A stretch of 61,112 bases of DNA, filler included, from Kipferlia bialata (taxonomy: Eukaryota): the NCBI GenBank assembly GCA_003568945.1. It is 4 parts of 4 records of this genome, joined end to end, with 100 filler letters (N's around TTAATTAATTAA, not from the genome) between each part and the next. Parts side by side here need not be neighbours in the genome. Positions count along the whole stretch, not along the records: positions 15,314 to 30,525 come from BDIP01000728.1; positions 30,626 to 45,826 come from BDIP01000729.1; 2 more parts are not named here. One strand, written 5' to 3'. Below, piece by piece: positions 21,316-36,306 of this stretch; the first letter of the stretch is position 1, and every line of letters begins with the position of its first letter. A program made the position numbers and the translations under genes. A model generated the notes under the pieces. That model ran no database searches. It was not told where the DNA came from and was given only the letters and a program-made list of their open reading frames with translations.

Positions 21316-24285
21316 ATCTACTGTATACTATACTATAGCGTACCCTCCCTGCACCCCCATCCCATACAGGGTGTGTCTGTAGTAGTCTCTCTCTCTCTCT
21401 CTCCCCATATATATGTATATATATAATAGTATGCTAGTATATATACATGTACTCTCACCCTCTCTGTACCCCCATCCCATACAGCGTGTGTCTGTAGTAA
21501 TCTCTCTCTCTCTCCCCCCCCCTATATATATGTATATATATAATAGTATGCTAGTATATACGTATGTGCTCTCACCCTCTCTGCACCCCCATTCCATACA
21601 GGGTGTGTCTGTAGTAATCATCGTGGGGTGCGTTGTCTGCAATTGGGTGGACGGGGGGGTTGGCAACACGCTGGGTCAGAATTATGTATAAAGAATATAC
21701 ATACATTGTATCATCGAATATAAATATGTATACTATAGGGGGGTTGGCAACACGCTGTGTCAGAATAATTAGATAACTATATATAGATACTTTAATATAT
21801 ATGCATCATTGGGGTCGCTGCGTGAGTGTCCAAGATATGTTACATTTACAGAAGAACTATGTGTACATATACATATACATATGTATACCATGTCTCACCT
21901 TCCATTTCCCTGTCTCTGTGTTGTAGATCCATGCCTGCAGGGGCTTCCACTTGGACACAGTGAAGGGACCTACGACCAGGAGGAACTAGAGTTAGAATAT
22001 TAAGTAAATATTACTTACTAAAACATACAGTAAATACTATGTATACAGGCAATGGTTACAAAAATGTATATACCACTACCATGTGACAAGAAGGAACTGG
22101 GGTGAGAGAGACAACTGGAGACAAATCAAGAATGTAGACGGGGACAGTCTATGGTATGCTTTACATGCTTAGAACACATATGTTACAAATTTGTGGACTT
22201 GAGTCTTCACCACAAGGCACTAGAGAGAGAGATGGAGATAGAGAGGGGGATTGAAATATGGACACTGTTCATATATATACAGTTACCAAATGTATATATG
22301 TAAACCCTCCTACCTCTGTGTCTGACACACCTATGCCCTGGGGTATATATACCTATACATACATACAATATATACACTATATATACTATACTATGTATGC
22401 ATACATAAACCCACCTCCGTGTCTGACACAGCCACCATCCCTCTGGGGTACCTGACACTGGGGGCACCGGCCTGAGGAGTGAGGATAATATATATGCTAT
22501 ATACATATACTAGATATATATAGTATAGCATATATGATATACTATTAAATAGTGTATAAGTCTCGGGTACCTGACACTGGGGGCATCGCCCTGAGGGGTG
22601 AGGTTATAATAGAATATAGTCACACATATAGTGTATATATAGTATATAGTAATCAATCGTGTATATATCTGGGGTACCTGACACTGGGGGCGTCGCCCTG
22701 AGAGGTTAGGGTACTAAGTAATATAGGCACTCACATATACTATATATATATAGTAGAGTATATATAGTATATACTAATTAATCGGGTATATGTCTGGTAC
22801 CTGACACTGGGGGCGTCGCCCTGAGGGGTGAGGGTACTAAGTAATCATATATGTATATATATATAGTATAATATATATGATATACTATTAAATAGTGTAT
22901 ATGTCAGGTACCTGACACTGGGGGCGTCGCCCTAAAGGTGAGGGTGATAGATATATTATATACACATTCATACATATATACACTTGTGTACATACCTAAA
23001 GCTCTATTCTCTCCTGTCCATTGTCCCGTTGCCATTGAGTACACATACGTACACTATTGTATGATATATGCTATCTACACACCTATAACTCTATCTTGTC
23101 ACACCACTCCCCCCTTGCCATCGAGTACACATGTAGGACAGAGAAAGCCTATAATTACTATATATTTCAAACCTAACATATACCTATATGTATTCATACT
23201 AATACCTCTAGTGTAATCCTATCACACCACTCCCCTCTTGCCATGGAGTACACGTGCAGGGCAGAACATATATATACTACACACTATAGTATATACCTCT
23301 NNNNNNNNNTGCAGGGCAGAACATATATATACTACACACTATAGTATATACCTCTAGTGATATCGTGTCTGTCCATTGTCCTGTGGCCAGTGAGTACACG
23401 TGTAGGGCAGGGGTATCAAGGCCCTCCGGCTCAGGGTTGGGCTCTTGTCTGTCCCTTGTGTTATAATAGTATATTGTAGTTAATAATAGTACATATACTA
23501 CTCTGTGTATATATGCAGGGCAGATGTAAAAACGCCCTCGGGATCCTCGGCGTATTCCTCGTTTCTGGTGTTATATATATGCATATGGGAAATTGCAAAA
23601 TTGAAATATATTTAGTATATATATAATAGTATATATATAACATACAGTAGTAATAAATTATAGTATATAACAGTATACATACCACTGTCTAAACTGGGCC
23701 AGATCCTCCTCTGCCAGCTCAGCCTCGTCAATATCAGACAGCTGAGGGTAAGAAGTATGGAATATATATACACACACACATTATATATGTATGAATAGAG
23801 AGAGGGAGGAAATCCTCTGCCAGCTCGTCAACGGCAGACAGCTAGGGTAAGGTATAAATATATATATATATATATACATTCATATATAAAAATAGACAGG
23901 AGAGAGAGACAGAGAGAGAGTATGGGTGCTTCAACGAATCATCCTCATCTTGGATAGCACTGGACTCTCTCAATCATCCATATATATACATATATATGCT
24001 TACCTCATCCTCGCAGCACTTGACGGGCCTGCCACTGGCGTACACATACACCTTGCCCCCCATACACACACCTGGGGTGACTATAGATTAATAGGTAAAT
24101 TACATCTACATATATACACTTGTACATCTATATATACAAATAATCACTTACCGCATGCCACGCCCTTGTAGGGCACCTCTATCATGGCAGACTCTAGCCT
24201 AGGGGGTGCAGACTCATCAGCCTCGTCATGCACTGGGATGAGTATACATATATACATATGTGTATATAATGTATACTAAAATATG

Positions 24286-24316
<31 letters not shown>

Positions 24317-24628
24317 TCATCAGCCTCGTCATGCACTGGGGGTGAGTATCAATATATACTAAACTTCAGATATGTGTATATAGGATATTCATATACCTAG
24401 TGACTGTTGATGCCTGGGGTATGTGTCATCTGTAGGCCTCTCTCTCTCTCTCTCTCTATCCATATATATAAATATGTGTGTGTTTGTGTATGTATACATA
24501 CTTATATACCTAGTATGACGGTAGATGCCTGGGGTATGTGTCCAGCTGTAGGCCAGCCCCCCTTGAAGCCCAGGAGCATGCAGGTGTTGGCACCAGTCTG
24601 CACACAGCTGGGGTTAGATATGTATATG

Positions 24629-24662
<34 letters not shown>

Positions 24663-24738
24663 GACATATAGACAGAGAGAGAGAGACTTAAGTGTTGGCA
24701 CCAGTCTGCACACAGCTGGGGTTAGGTGTGTATATATG

Positions 24739-24769
<31 letters not shown>

Positions 24770-27700
24770 TGGGAGAGAGAGAATGTGAAAGAGAGAGATC
24801 TATTTCGGCAGAGATACCGTAAATGTACTCGCATGAAACATATGCTCATATACAAAAACATATATAATGTATGTACGTACTCGTATGTGTGAAACGGCCG
24901 GGAAACAGTGAGCTGTCGGCGCTGAGGGTAAGGGGGAGAGAGACAGAGATAGGGGGAGAGAGGCCACTGGCAGTTACGCATATATAAGTATATCCACCAC
25001 ATACCTCTATCACCCTGCCGGCCAGTGGCAGGTAGGAGACAAGGTCTGGGTCGGCCATCAGACGGGACCTCACACCGTTGATGGCAACTGGGGTAAGGAT
25101 AGATAGATATATACTTATACTTTATCCATATACAACATTCCACATACTAACATATACTAATAATACATGTATACACACCTGAAACCTGTGGGTCCATATA
25201 TATACAAATATACATATATGTGTATGAGTGTACACATGTACAATCAATTTTCATGTATAGATACAAACCTGCAACCTCTGGGTCCACAGTGTTCCTCTCC
25301 CTGGTCCCTGGGGGTCAGACGGCATGATATAGTATACATACATACATATATACATACATATATCATCATGATTGAATGAATATACACACACATGTCTAGA
25401 CAGAGTGTGCCTCTCCCTGGTCCCTGGGGGTCAGACTACATGACTCTGTATACACACATACATACATCATCATGACTTTTAGGACCCACACACAAATATA
25501 CGTAAAGAATAGTCCCAATGTACTAGTGTACAATGCAGTATATCAATATACAATATACCTAGGAGTGACGGTATCATACATACTATTATATATATATTTA
25601 TATAAATATACTATTAAATATATATTTGTATATATGCATCAATATATATATATATCAACAATGTATACAATATACCTAGGAGTGAGGGTATCATGCCAGC
25701 CTCGGCCATGTCCCTCAGACCACAGTGCTCACCAGACCTGTATGTTATAATATATAGTTATAATATAGTATATGAACAATAGTATACTATATATCATAAT
25801 ATATGATAATATGGTAATTATATACAATAAGTATATACAATAATAGTATAATAAGTATATACATGTAAGTATATACAATAATAGTATAATTAGTATATAC
25901 ATGTAAGTATATACAATAATAGTATAATTATAATAATACTACATTGTATATGTGTTATACGAGGTGCTCTCCAGACCTGAATGTCAGACATAAACAATAT
26001 AGATTCCATATATATTACGAATGTATATAATATGTATTACACCAAATGGATAATTTATGTATCAGTATAAACTAATGGTCAGACCGAGTTGCTCAGACCT
26101 GTAATGTTAGAAACACATATATACATAATGGGCCATTATACTAACACAAGACCTACAGTATCCACGTGTCTGTAAGTGTGTGAAATTGTTTACTGATTAG
26201 TATCTCGCTGCATGTACCTGATCTTACTGTACTCGAGCAGGGCGTAGATGGCGTTGATCCCCACATATTGCACGTGGGATACGGCCTCTAGAACAGGAAG
26301 AGTGGCCTTGACTGCGAGATAGTCAGCCTCTGGCACCTCTCTCTCTCCCTCTCTCTCCCCCTCACTAAGGGAGAGCATAATCTTGATGACCTTGTGCACT
26401 AGCTGGCTCACAATCACATCCCTATGGTTATATACATATACACACATATATAGATATATATATACACAATATTTATACTATATATACAATACATACTATA
26501 TATATACTATATATAGTAGTTGGNNNNNNNNNNNNNNNNNNNNNNNNNNNNNNNNNNNNNNCTATATATAGTAGTTGGTGACCTTGTGCACAAGTTGGCT
26601 CACAATCACATCCCTAGGGTGAGACTGTGTGTGTATAGAGTGTATGTTATTATGTAGACAGTGTAGACAGAGAGAGAGAGAGAGAGAGAGAGGGTAGATG
26701 GGCAAGCTGGCTCACAATCACACACTATAGATATAGTATATACAATCCACACTATATACTATATACTATATACTATACACACTCCATATAATATATTAAT
26801 ATTCGCTATACTGATGCATGCGACTGTTTAGCAGCACGGTCAGACACCAGTTAACACTACTAACTAAATATACACATATACTATATACATATATCGTATC
26901 CTATCGTATCGTATCGTATCTAATTCACATACCACCGTGGAGCGGCACGGTCTGACTCCAGTATGGCCTGGAAGAGTGGGGTGCACTGTATGTGGGTGGG
27001 TGGACTCATCTACTATTAATCTATATATATATACATATATATATATATATAATATATATATATTCTAAAATATGTATATTAATCCATATATACTATAATA
27101 TATATATATATATACCGGTATTCGGTTGTGTGGACTCATCTACTAAATGTATAAACCATAATATATATATATATACCTGTATGTTGATAGGTGCGGTGAG
27201 TGATGGGTTCTTCTCAAGTGCCTCGACCACTGTACATGCAAGGCTGATGGACCCATTCACTAGGGTGAGTATAGATAGATACATACACATATATATGTAT
27301 ATTAATATGAATATATAGGGTGACTGTTTTTTCAATTATTTTTTTTAATTCTCTTTCCTAGGGTTGATGGACTCATCTATTAATCTACTATACTATACTA
27401 TACTATACTATACTATATACATATGTATATACCTATGTCTAGATCGGTCGAGCCTGAGACCAATGGAGCAAGACGAGAGTACAGCCCTGCCTGGGGGATG
27501 AGTGTGTATAAATATATATATATATATATATACATATCAGTCTGGAACATGAGTGTTCACACATACGTATATATTCATTTATATATATATTCATCAAGAG
27601 TACAGCTGGGGCATGAGAGTGTGTATGTACATAAGTATATATATATGTGTATATATATATATATGTGTATACATATGTACATAAGTATATATATATGTAT

Positions 27701-29398
27701 GTGTCTGGTACATGAGTATGTATATTTGTATATATACGTATATATACATATACATACATATGTCTATGTATTTATATATCTAAGCATGTACACATATATA
27801 TACATATACATATGTATACATATGTATATGAGCATTGGACGCTGTGTAGCATTGGGGCTCCTATATTCTATACATATACATAGTATGGTAAAACTACATA
27901 TACACTATGGGGGCTTATGTATACTATGATGGTCAATATACATACCTCTGTGAGATGTGGCACTGCATTGTGGTTCCTGAACGCTGTTCATATATATACA
28001 TATACTATAATGGTATGCAAGTACTACAATGGTCCGTATATACAACATATTAACTATATATACTATATATATACATATATACCTCTATGAGCAGTGGTAC
28101 TGCATAGTGCTCATTCACAGATATACTTCTATCTATTTTTGTACAATAATGGTCTCTAAATACTACAATGGTGGGTAAATATATACAATATATATAGAAT
28201 ATATCTACATAAATATCTACCTCTATGAGCAGTGGTATACTACAATGGTAAAGGTAAATATATACAATATCTATACAATATATACTATATGCATGTATAT
28301 ATATGTACCTCTATATACTATATACATGTATATATATACCTCTATGAGCAGTGGTGCTACACTGTTGTTCCTCCACGCTACGGAACTGAGCAGGGAGAGG
28401 GTAGCCCTGAGGTGAGATAACAAATGTATATACATATATAGTGGAAATAGAGATATACATAAATGCATGTGTCATAGTGTCACGTGTTGAATCATAAACA
28501 TATACTAGTATTTATATGGTCACTATATGTAATTAGTATACATGTACATGCATACTTGAGCGTGTCTGCTCTGTCCATACATGTCAGCATATAGGCCTAC
28601 ATATAGAGAGCTTCACAATATATCATATACCCACTGCTTATACGCATTAGAACCTACCTGCATGTGTCTGCCCTGTCCATATATGTCAGTACAACATATA
28701 AATACAGTATATATACAATATATATATATTATATGTATACAATATATATACAATATATATAAAAACTATATATATATACAATATATACACACATACATGT
28801 ATATCGATACCTGCATGTGTCTGCCCTGTCCATACATGTCACACATAAACAATAAGTATGCATATATATAATGTATATATAACTATATATATCAATATAT
28901 AATATATATTAATATTGAACCTACCTGCATGTGTCTGCCCTGTCCATACATGTCAGCAGCAGGTCAATTAGCTCAGGGTCGCTGAAAGGTAAGGGAACAC
29001 ACATGCACATATATATACATACATTATATACCAGATATATATGTATATATACACATATCAAATCAGCAGGTCAATTAGCTCAGGGTCGCTGGATGTAAGA
29101 TATAGTAGTATAAATACATACAAGCCACACTTGTGTACATATATACATACACATACATATATATATAAATATACAAGAACCAGGGCATAACAGTTCAGGG
29201 TCTCTGGAAGGGAAAGGGAAAACTGATACACGATATGTACTTTGTATTGATATACTATATATAGTATATTGAACATACCATAATACCACACATACCATAT
29301 ATATATTGTTTATATATGACTTGACTTCACACACATATATACATATATATATATAAATAATATATACCTCCATGTCCGCGGGAGGAAACTCTGTACGG

Positions 29399-29435
<37 letters not shown>

Positions 29436-29840
29436 ATAGGCATATATACACATATATATATATATACCTCCAAATAGGTGCTTGGCTGAGCATGGCAGAC
29501 AGTGCCTGTATGGCATCTACTGGGGTGTGGGCAGAGGCAGAGGTGCCAGATAGGATGGCCTGGTAATATTAGAAGGCATAAATATATATACACACACACA
29601 CACACACATATATATATAATAATATGTATCTATATATATATATAGAGAGTATATGTGGACAGAGGCAGATGTGCCAGATAGGATGGCCTGGTTGTCAGTA
29701 TATATATATACTATATATACAATAGTATGATACACACATATATATACATATACATATATGTATAGTATGTGGGCAGAGGCAGAGGTACCAGATAGGATGG
29801 CCTGGGGTTATTAATGACATGTATTCACACATATATATAT

Positions 29841-29874
<34 letters not shown>

Positions 29875-30238
29875 TGTGTGTGTGTGTGTCCTCAGTGGTA
29901 GAGGTGCCAGATAGGAGGGCCTGGGGGCTGTATATACATATGCATATATATATATATATCAGTGTGTATACATGTGAAGAGAGAGAGTACCTTGCACTCA
30001 GCCAGAGATATACACATATAGTATACATACACATAGTGTATATATACAGTATAGAGAGAGAGGGAGAGGGGGAGAGAGGGAGTAGCTTGCACTCAGCCAG
30101 AGGGATGTCTGGAGATACATACATATGGTAAATACACTATATATATACATATATATATATATATGATTATGTACATACAGTAGAGCAGTACCTTACACTC
30201 AGCCAGAGGGATGACTGGACCGTTGGGGCGGTTCATGC
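18763..30238 (-). CDS. Large multi-exon protein with an N-terminal ARM/HEAT-like helical region and a C-terminal Kelch-type beta-propeller; 5' end possibly incomplete
   Basis: Hand-joined exons: DPELIDLLLTCMDRADTCRATLSLLSSVAWRNNSVAPLLIEAGLYSRLAPLVSG (ARM-like), then GVCMGGKVYVY, LHVYSLATGQW, MVAVSDTEFLLVVG, QAWIYNTETGKWKRVANPP, TVHLLG, IAAYDACSG, ending CYLLDVNDEYLRQCV*. Confidence 0.7.
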
Positions 30239-30392
30239 CTGAGAGAGAGAGAGAGAGGGAGAGAGAGACCGGGGCGGTTCATGGCTGTACTAAGCTATCA
30301 AGATATATAAGTACCCACAATGTATATAAGTACGTATAAGGTGTATAAGTACAAATAGGTATATATGTACGCACGAGTGACTACGTGGAGAG

Positions 30393-30423
<31 letters not shown>

Positions 30424-30482
30424 CATCCAGCAAACGCCGTGACCGAACTGATAGATGGTAGATATATGATATTTAAGGGAGT

Positions 30483-30521
<39 letters not shown>

Positions 30522-30525
30522 GAGA

Positions 30526-30625
30526 NNNNNNNNNNNNNNNNNNNNNNNNNNNNNNNNNNNNNNNNNNNNTTAATTAATTAANNNNNNNNNNNNNNNNNNN
30601 NNNNNNNNNNNNNNNNNNNNNNNNN
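30526..30625. other. Artificial contig spacer N44-TTAATTAATTAA-N44
   Basis: Same 100-nt linker; TTAATTAATTAA at 30570-30581. Confidence 0.97.
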
Positions 30626-30680
<55 letters not shown>

Positions 30681-30703
30681 AGTACTAATATACTAATACC
30701 CAG

Positions 30704-30927
30704 GCCACCCAGCTCAAGACCATCCCTGAGCTGATGGCATCCCTGGAGACAGGGTACAAGGAGGCTGTTAAGGTATATAGAGTATATACATTCTATATAT
30801 ATATATATATATATCATATAATCAGTATATATAGTATAGTATGTACTGTACTCACTATCAGGCCGAGAAGACGTCTGCCAAGAAGGAGGCACCCAGGAGG
30901 GGCAAGGGAAAGCCAAGGAGGCGGTAG
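30704..30927 (+). CDS. Last two exons of an unidentified gene
   Basis: ATQLKTIPELMASLETGYKEAVK | AEKTSAKKEAPRRGKGKPRRR*, with canonical splice sites and a basic NLS-like tail. Confidence 0.6.
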
Positions 30928-31109
30928 AGGAGAGATATTGTTCAATAGATTCACATTTGTAAGATTAATTGGTGATTGATGACACATACAACTAGCCCTA
31001 AACCACAGTCATGTGCGTGTCTCATGGCTTACATGCATACAGTGCCTTACACTGTAACATCGCAAATTCTGAGAAACCCTCAATTGTATACCAGTACCCT
31101 GTTGAGTGA

Positions 31110-33034
31110 TAGATGCCCTCACTGTATACAGATGACCTCTCAGTGCACAAGGCCGCCTGGTTCGCACCTCCTCTCTTCTTGAAGCTGTCTGTAGGTATTA
31201 TTGGGAACGTCCTACACCCAGCGGTGACTGGGTTTTCGTAGTGGTGTCTGCCCACAGCGACCAAAACAACAGAACATCCGTCTAGGTATGAGAAAAATAC
31301 ATAAGTTTACAATACTACTATACTATATAGTAGCCTGCCTTGCGTAAGATATCGTGTATGTGAGGTACTCTCTATAATAATATGTATCAATAGGGGAGAA
31401 CACACCAATATATTGCATATACATACACTTGTATATGAATATTTGTATGTATACAATTACATACTGTATATGGCAGACTGGGCAGGCGATCTCTCTCTCT
31501 CTGTACGGATACATATATGTATATATATATATATATCTCCCTTTGCAAGCATTATTCACATGAATCTATTCATTTAGACAGGTGTACCTCCTTAACGTGT
31601 CGAGCCGGGCTGGCATATGTATATATATATAATAATAGTATATTATATATGTATTATTATAATAGTATACTCATTCATACAGGTGTACCTCCGTAACGTG
31701 TCAAGCCGGGCTGACCTTATAGCCCTCTAAGGGCCTCCTGGCCGTGTGCAGCCGCCTCATAGGCTCCGTCCTCGGACCTGTATATCCATTAATACAGGTG
31801 TACCTCCTTAACGTGTCGAGCCGGGCTCTGGGAACGTACAGCCACAGCAGCATCCCTAAGGTGAGCACATATAAATATATGTAATAGTATATATATATGA
31901 GTCATATGATATATATATATATAATAGTATATATATATGAGTCATATGATATATATATATATAATATAAATATATGAGTCATATCATATATATATATAAT
32001 GTAGTAGTATATATTGGTGCCACCAATTTGGTGGGTAGTGCATCACATGTCAAGCCGGGCTGACCTTATAGCAAATATGTATATATGTATATGTATTATA
32101 TACACACTATATATATATAATAATTACGATATATATAGCATATATTGACTCAATATAATATTGAGTTCTAGGTGTTGCCTGGATACATGCCTCTTATTAT
32201 ACGTATATAGTATATATATACAGACATGCATAGTGAGTACATTACAGACACATACCAGAAGTACAGTGGTCAAATATATATATAATATTATATATATAAT
32301 ATTATTATTTTGTTTAGGTGTAGGGTACTAGGTCTCCGAACCATCGACAATGTCGTACTCACATATATCTATATCTATATATACATATAGTGTGCGTATG
32401 TATATTACAAAATATATGAGTCCATGCATATACTATATACTAGCTGGCCTATATACATATACAGTATGTATGTAGTAAATACTATGTACATGTATAATAC
32501 TAAATATACTAGCTAGACTAGCACCCTTCTTGTGTATAGGGAGTATGTACACTTACCCCACCCACCCCCCTATCTCATTCTTACACACTCTTTTCACCCA
32601 CAGACGATTACTATCAGCATGATACACTCCCCTGTTGCCCTCACAAGACTCACTCAACCTCTCAACCTCAATCTTATCAACAACAGTTATCCCACCATAT
32701 CATTGCTTTCATCCCTGATATAATAGTCATAGTAGTTCTAATTAGCCAGGAATAGTGCCAAACGAGGTCCACTTGTGTGATGCGCCATCGATCTCAACGA
32801 TAAGGGAGGCGGCTGGTGACACCATGTCAAAGGTAGTGCACTTCTCATTGTAGGCTGCGGCTGCTCCTTCACGCACAAGAGGAGGTCAGGTGAGACTCTC
32901 TATTAGAGAGAGAGGGAGAGAGAGAGAGAGAGAGACTGGGCCCTTCACGTATGTATAGTATATATGTATAGTATATATGTATAGTATATATATACAATAT
33001 ACGGACAAGATGAGGTCAGGTGAGACTCTCTATT

Positions 33035-33066
<32 letters not shown>

Positions 33067-34350
33067 GACCCTTCACGTATATATAGTATATATATAGTAT
33101 ATATATATAATATACGGACAAGATGAGGTCAGCGAGGAGGCTCAGGGGATATATATGTATGACCGCAGCCTCAAGCGCTAGGGCAACTGATGGTGATGCC
33201 ATGTCAAAGGTGCATCTATCTATCTATCTATCTATCTATATCTCTCTATATATCTATATCTATATATACACTTTAGTATACAAATAGTATATAATAAGTG
33301 CTGATACCTAGAACGGCCGGCTGATGGTGACGCCATGTCAAATGTGGTGCATCTACCAAGCTTACTACCTGGGACCAAGGGCGGAGACCGTGAGGTCAGA
33401 GATGATTATACATATGTATATATATGTATATATATAGAAAGAGAGAGAGAGAGAGAGTCTGGACCCTGACGGAAATGATGAGGTCAGAGAAGAATATATA
33501 TGTTTATGTATATTATGTATATATGTTTATATATATATACATATATTCATATATACTCGATGAGGTCAGTGAAGAGGGGGCCCAGGCCATTGTAAACCAT
33601 ATGTGTACGTGTAGATTCATGAATAGGATATATATATGTATGGATATATAGGTGTGTGTGCGTGTATGTATAGTACTATACACCTTGGAATAAGGAGGTT
33701 CTCTTTACTTCCAATATGTAGGCTCATCTATAGGTATATACATATGTATACGTTTTGTATATATCAGCACTACTTTTGTATTAGCTTTGTATATGTATAT
33801 ATATAGTTATATAACATATATATATCACATTCATGTATTAGTGTATTTACCGGTTGCGTCACTCACCCCAGACCCGTAAGAGTCACACGGAGTGCCATCC
33901 ATATATGCATATACACACATATAGTTATATATACATATACGGTATATGTAACATATACCTCAGCCACACACACACAGACTCGAACACAGTACCACCCAAT
34001 CACTATAGAGCATGGTGTGCCTCTAGTAATTTAGCAGAGTATCTCTTCGCAGGGTATCATCCAGTCACTATAGAGTAATTTAGCCGATTAACAGGGTATC
34101 TATATCCAACATCAGGCCTCAGCTTCGCTACCTGCGTCCTGAATGTCATCACGGCGGGCCTGTACATAGCTCCCAATGAGGCACATGTCCACTACCGCCC
34201 AGAGCCCAAAGCCTCCAAGCGTGACTACGTAGATGGATCCGTCTCCTATGTCCTTATAATAGATGTCTGTTGTGTCACAACTTGTGAGCTCCGTGTATTG
34301 GTAACATTCTCAGTCAGTGCCATTATGGTTACTCAATGCCAGTGATCTAC
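31110..34350 (+). pseudogene. Possible degenerate gene (scattered exon-like blocks)
   Basis: GC-rich blocks with splice signals (e.g. 31797-31860 VYLLNVSSRALGTYSHSSIPK; 32750-32889; 34094-34345). An in-frame stop occurs and no clean model could be joined. Confidence 0.3.
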
Positions 34351-34700
34351 CTGTGTTTGGCCCCTCTCTCTCTTTCTATATATATATATATAAGTAGCAT
34401 CTATATATAAGTACAAATATGCCTGTGTGGCTGTGTGTGACTCCGTCCACATCTCTCTGACACATGTGTCACATAGTTTATATGTATATATATATAGAGA
34501 GATAGAGAGAGAGAAGTGGTCGCGGGGGTGCAGTCCCACCCCCACTGTGCCCCAATCTTAGTCAGAGACACAGTCTTTGCTACATATACTCTGATACAAA
34601 CACATTTATGGATAACAGTGTTATCATAACATGGACCGCGGCATAAGGTCGATCCTCTCCGGAGATGGAGAACGAAGGTCACTCTATGACTACCGTGAAC

Positions 34701-34748
<48 letters not shown>

Positions 34749-34757
34749 GCTACACCC

Positions 34758-35209
34758 TTAAGTGTCCAGCTGGCAGAGGAGAGCCGTTCCCTGCTTCGTG
34801 AAGAAGGAGGGGTCCTGGAGTGAGATATGTGGATGTATAGAATACTATTATCTATTACTGTCCTAGCTATCTGTATGTGCATATGAATGTGTACTTTCCG
34901 TATATTAATGCGTACGTGAGAGAGACGGGAGAGAGGGAGACATAGAGAGAGAGAGGGAGTACCTGTGCCGTCGGGATGTCCACTGGCATGATGTGGTTGG
35001 TGGATCTACCCGTGGTAGACAGAACACCAGCCCTGGAGGTAAGAATAGAGCATACATCATGTGTGAACATACAAATCCCTAAGTATACATACTGCGCCAC
35101 TCTCCCTGAAGTATCTTCATACTCATACAAACTGATATGTATATATGTATATCCATGCCATCCTACCTGAAGCTAGTCTTGTACAGTGGTGCCTCGTAGT
35201 CTGATACAC

Positions 35210-35257
<48 letters not shown>

Positions 35258-36080
35258 TGTATATATTACATATGCATATAACATCATATATACATGTGTC
35301 TCTCACCTAAAGCTTGTCTTGTAGAGTGGTGCCTCGTAGTCTGAGTCGTCTCTCTCCCAGTTGGGCACTGGGGTGAGGGAGGATATATACAATATATATA
35401 TATACATATAGTAACAAATCATTACTAGACCATATTAGTAGTATGAGTCGTCTCTCTCCCAGTTGGGCACTGGGGTTAGCATGGATACAGTGACATTCCT
35501 AGTATATACAGTATACTTAAAATATAGTGGTGCAATACAATACAATATCCCTATCCCAGTTGGGGACTGGGGTTAGTATCTTACATAGTATGTGGAGAGC
35601 ACTCGTTATCTACAGCAGAATACAAGTCTATGCATACACCCATACCTGGCAAGAAGTGCACGATGGGCAGACGTGGGAACAGCATGCGCTGTCTGGCCTG
35701 AACGAGCTGCATCCTAGACATTAGAAGCTATCGCGTAATTAGACAATGAAACATAGTTAACGTGTAGAATAAGGGGTATCATCGGATTAAGAGACCTCTT
35801 CGCCTGATAAGTCATTGGAATAAGTATATCGCGTAGAGTAGTGCCAATACCTGTCTGGATCGAAGTATGCCCCGTCCAGGTACAGACCCACTCTCATATA
35901 TTGAATATATACATACACACACACACATATATAAATATAAAAATATCCCAACATATATACGAGATTCGTTACCTGTCTGGATCGAAGTATGCCCCATCCA
36001 GGTACAGACCGTGGATCAGCACACCCTCAGACACGCACTCGTCGGGGGTGAGGTCCTCGGGCTCGGTCTAGTATTAGAGG

Positions 36081-36114
<34 letters not shown>

Positions 36115-36180
36115 CTCAGACACACACTCATCAGGTGTAAGGTCCTCGGGTTCGGTCTAAGGGTTAGAGGTATATATATG

Positions 36181-36212
<32 letters not shown>

Positions 36213-36265
36213 CTCAGACACACACTCATCGGGGTTCGGTCTAAGGGTTAGAGGTATATTTATAC

Positions 36266-36306
<41 letters not shown>

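Noticed and set aside
21130..21620. Regularly spaced ~45-nt repeats with variable spacers, resembling a CRISPR array
   Set aside because: The repeats are copies of a eukaryotic exon end plus GT donor, the spacers are microsatellites, and there are no cas genes.
23256..23355. Perfect ~45-nt duplication on either side of a 9-N gap
   Set aside because: An identical copy across a scaffold gap is probably an unmerged overlap, so it was not counted as an echo. The same caution applies to gaps at 26524, 49314 and 58782.
27423..27929. Numerous Y/I/C-rich or SLSLSL/ERERER ORFs in the six-frame track
   Set aside because: They are translations of intronic (TA)n, (CA)n and (GA)n microsatellites.
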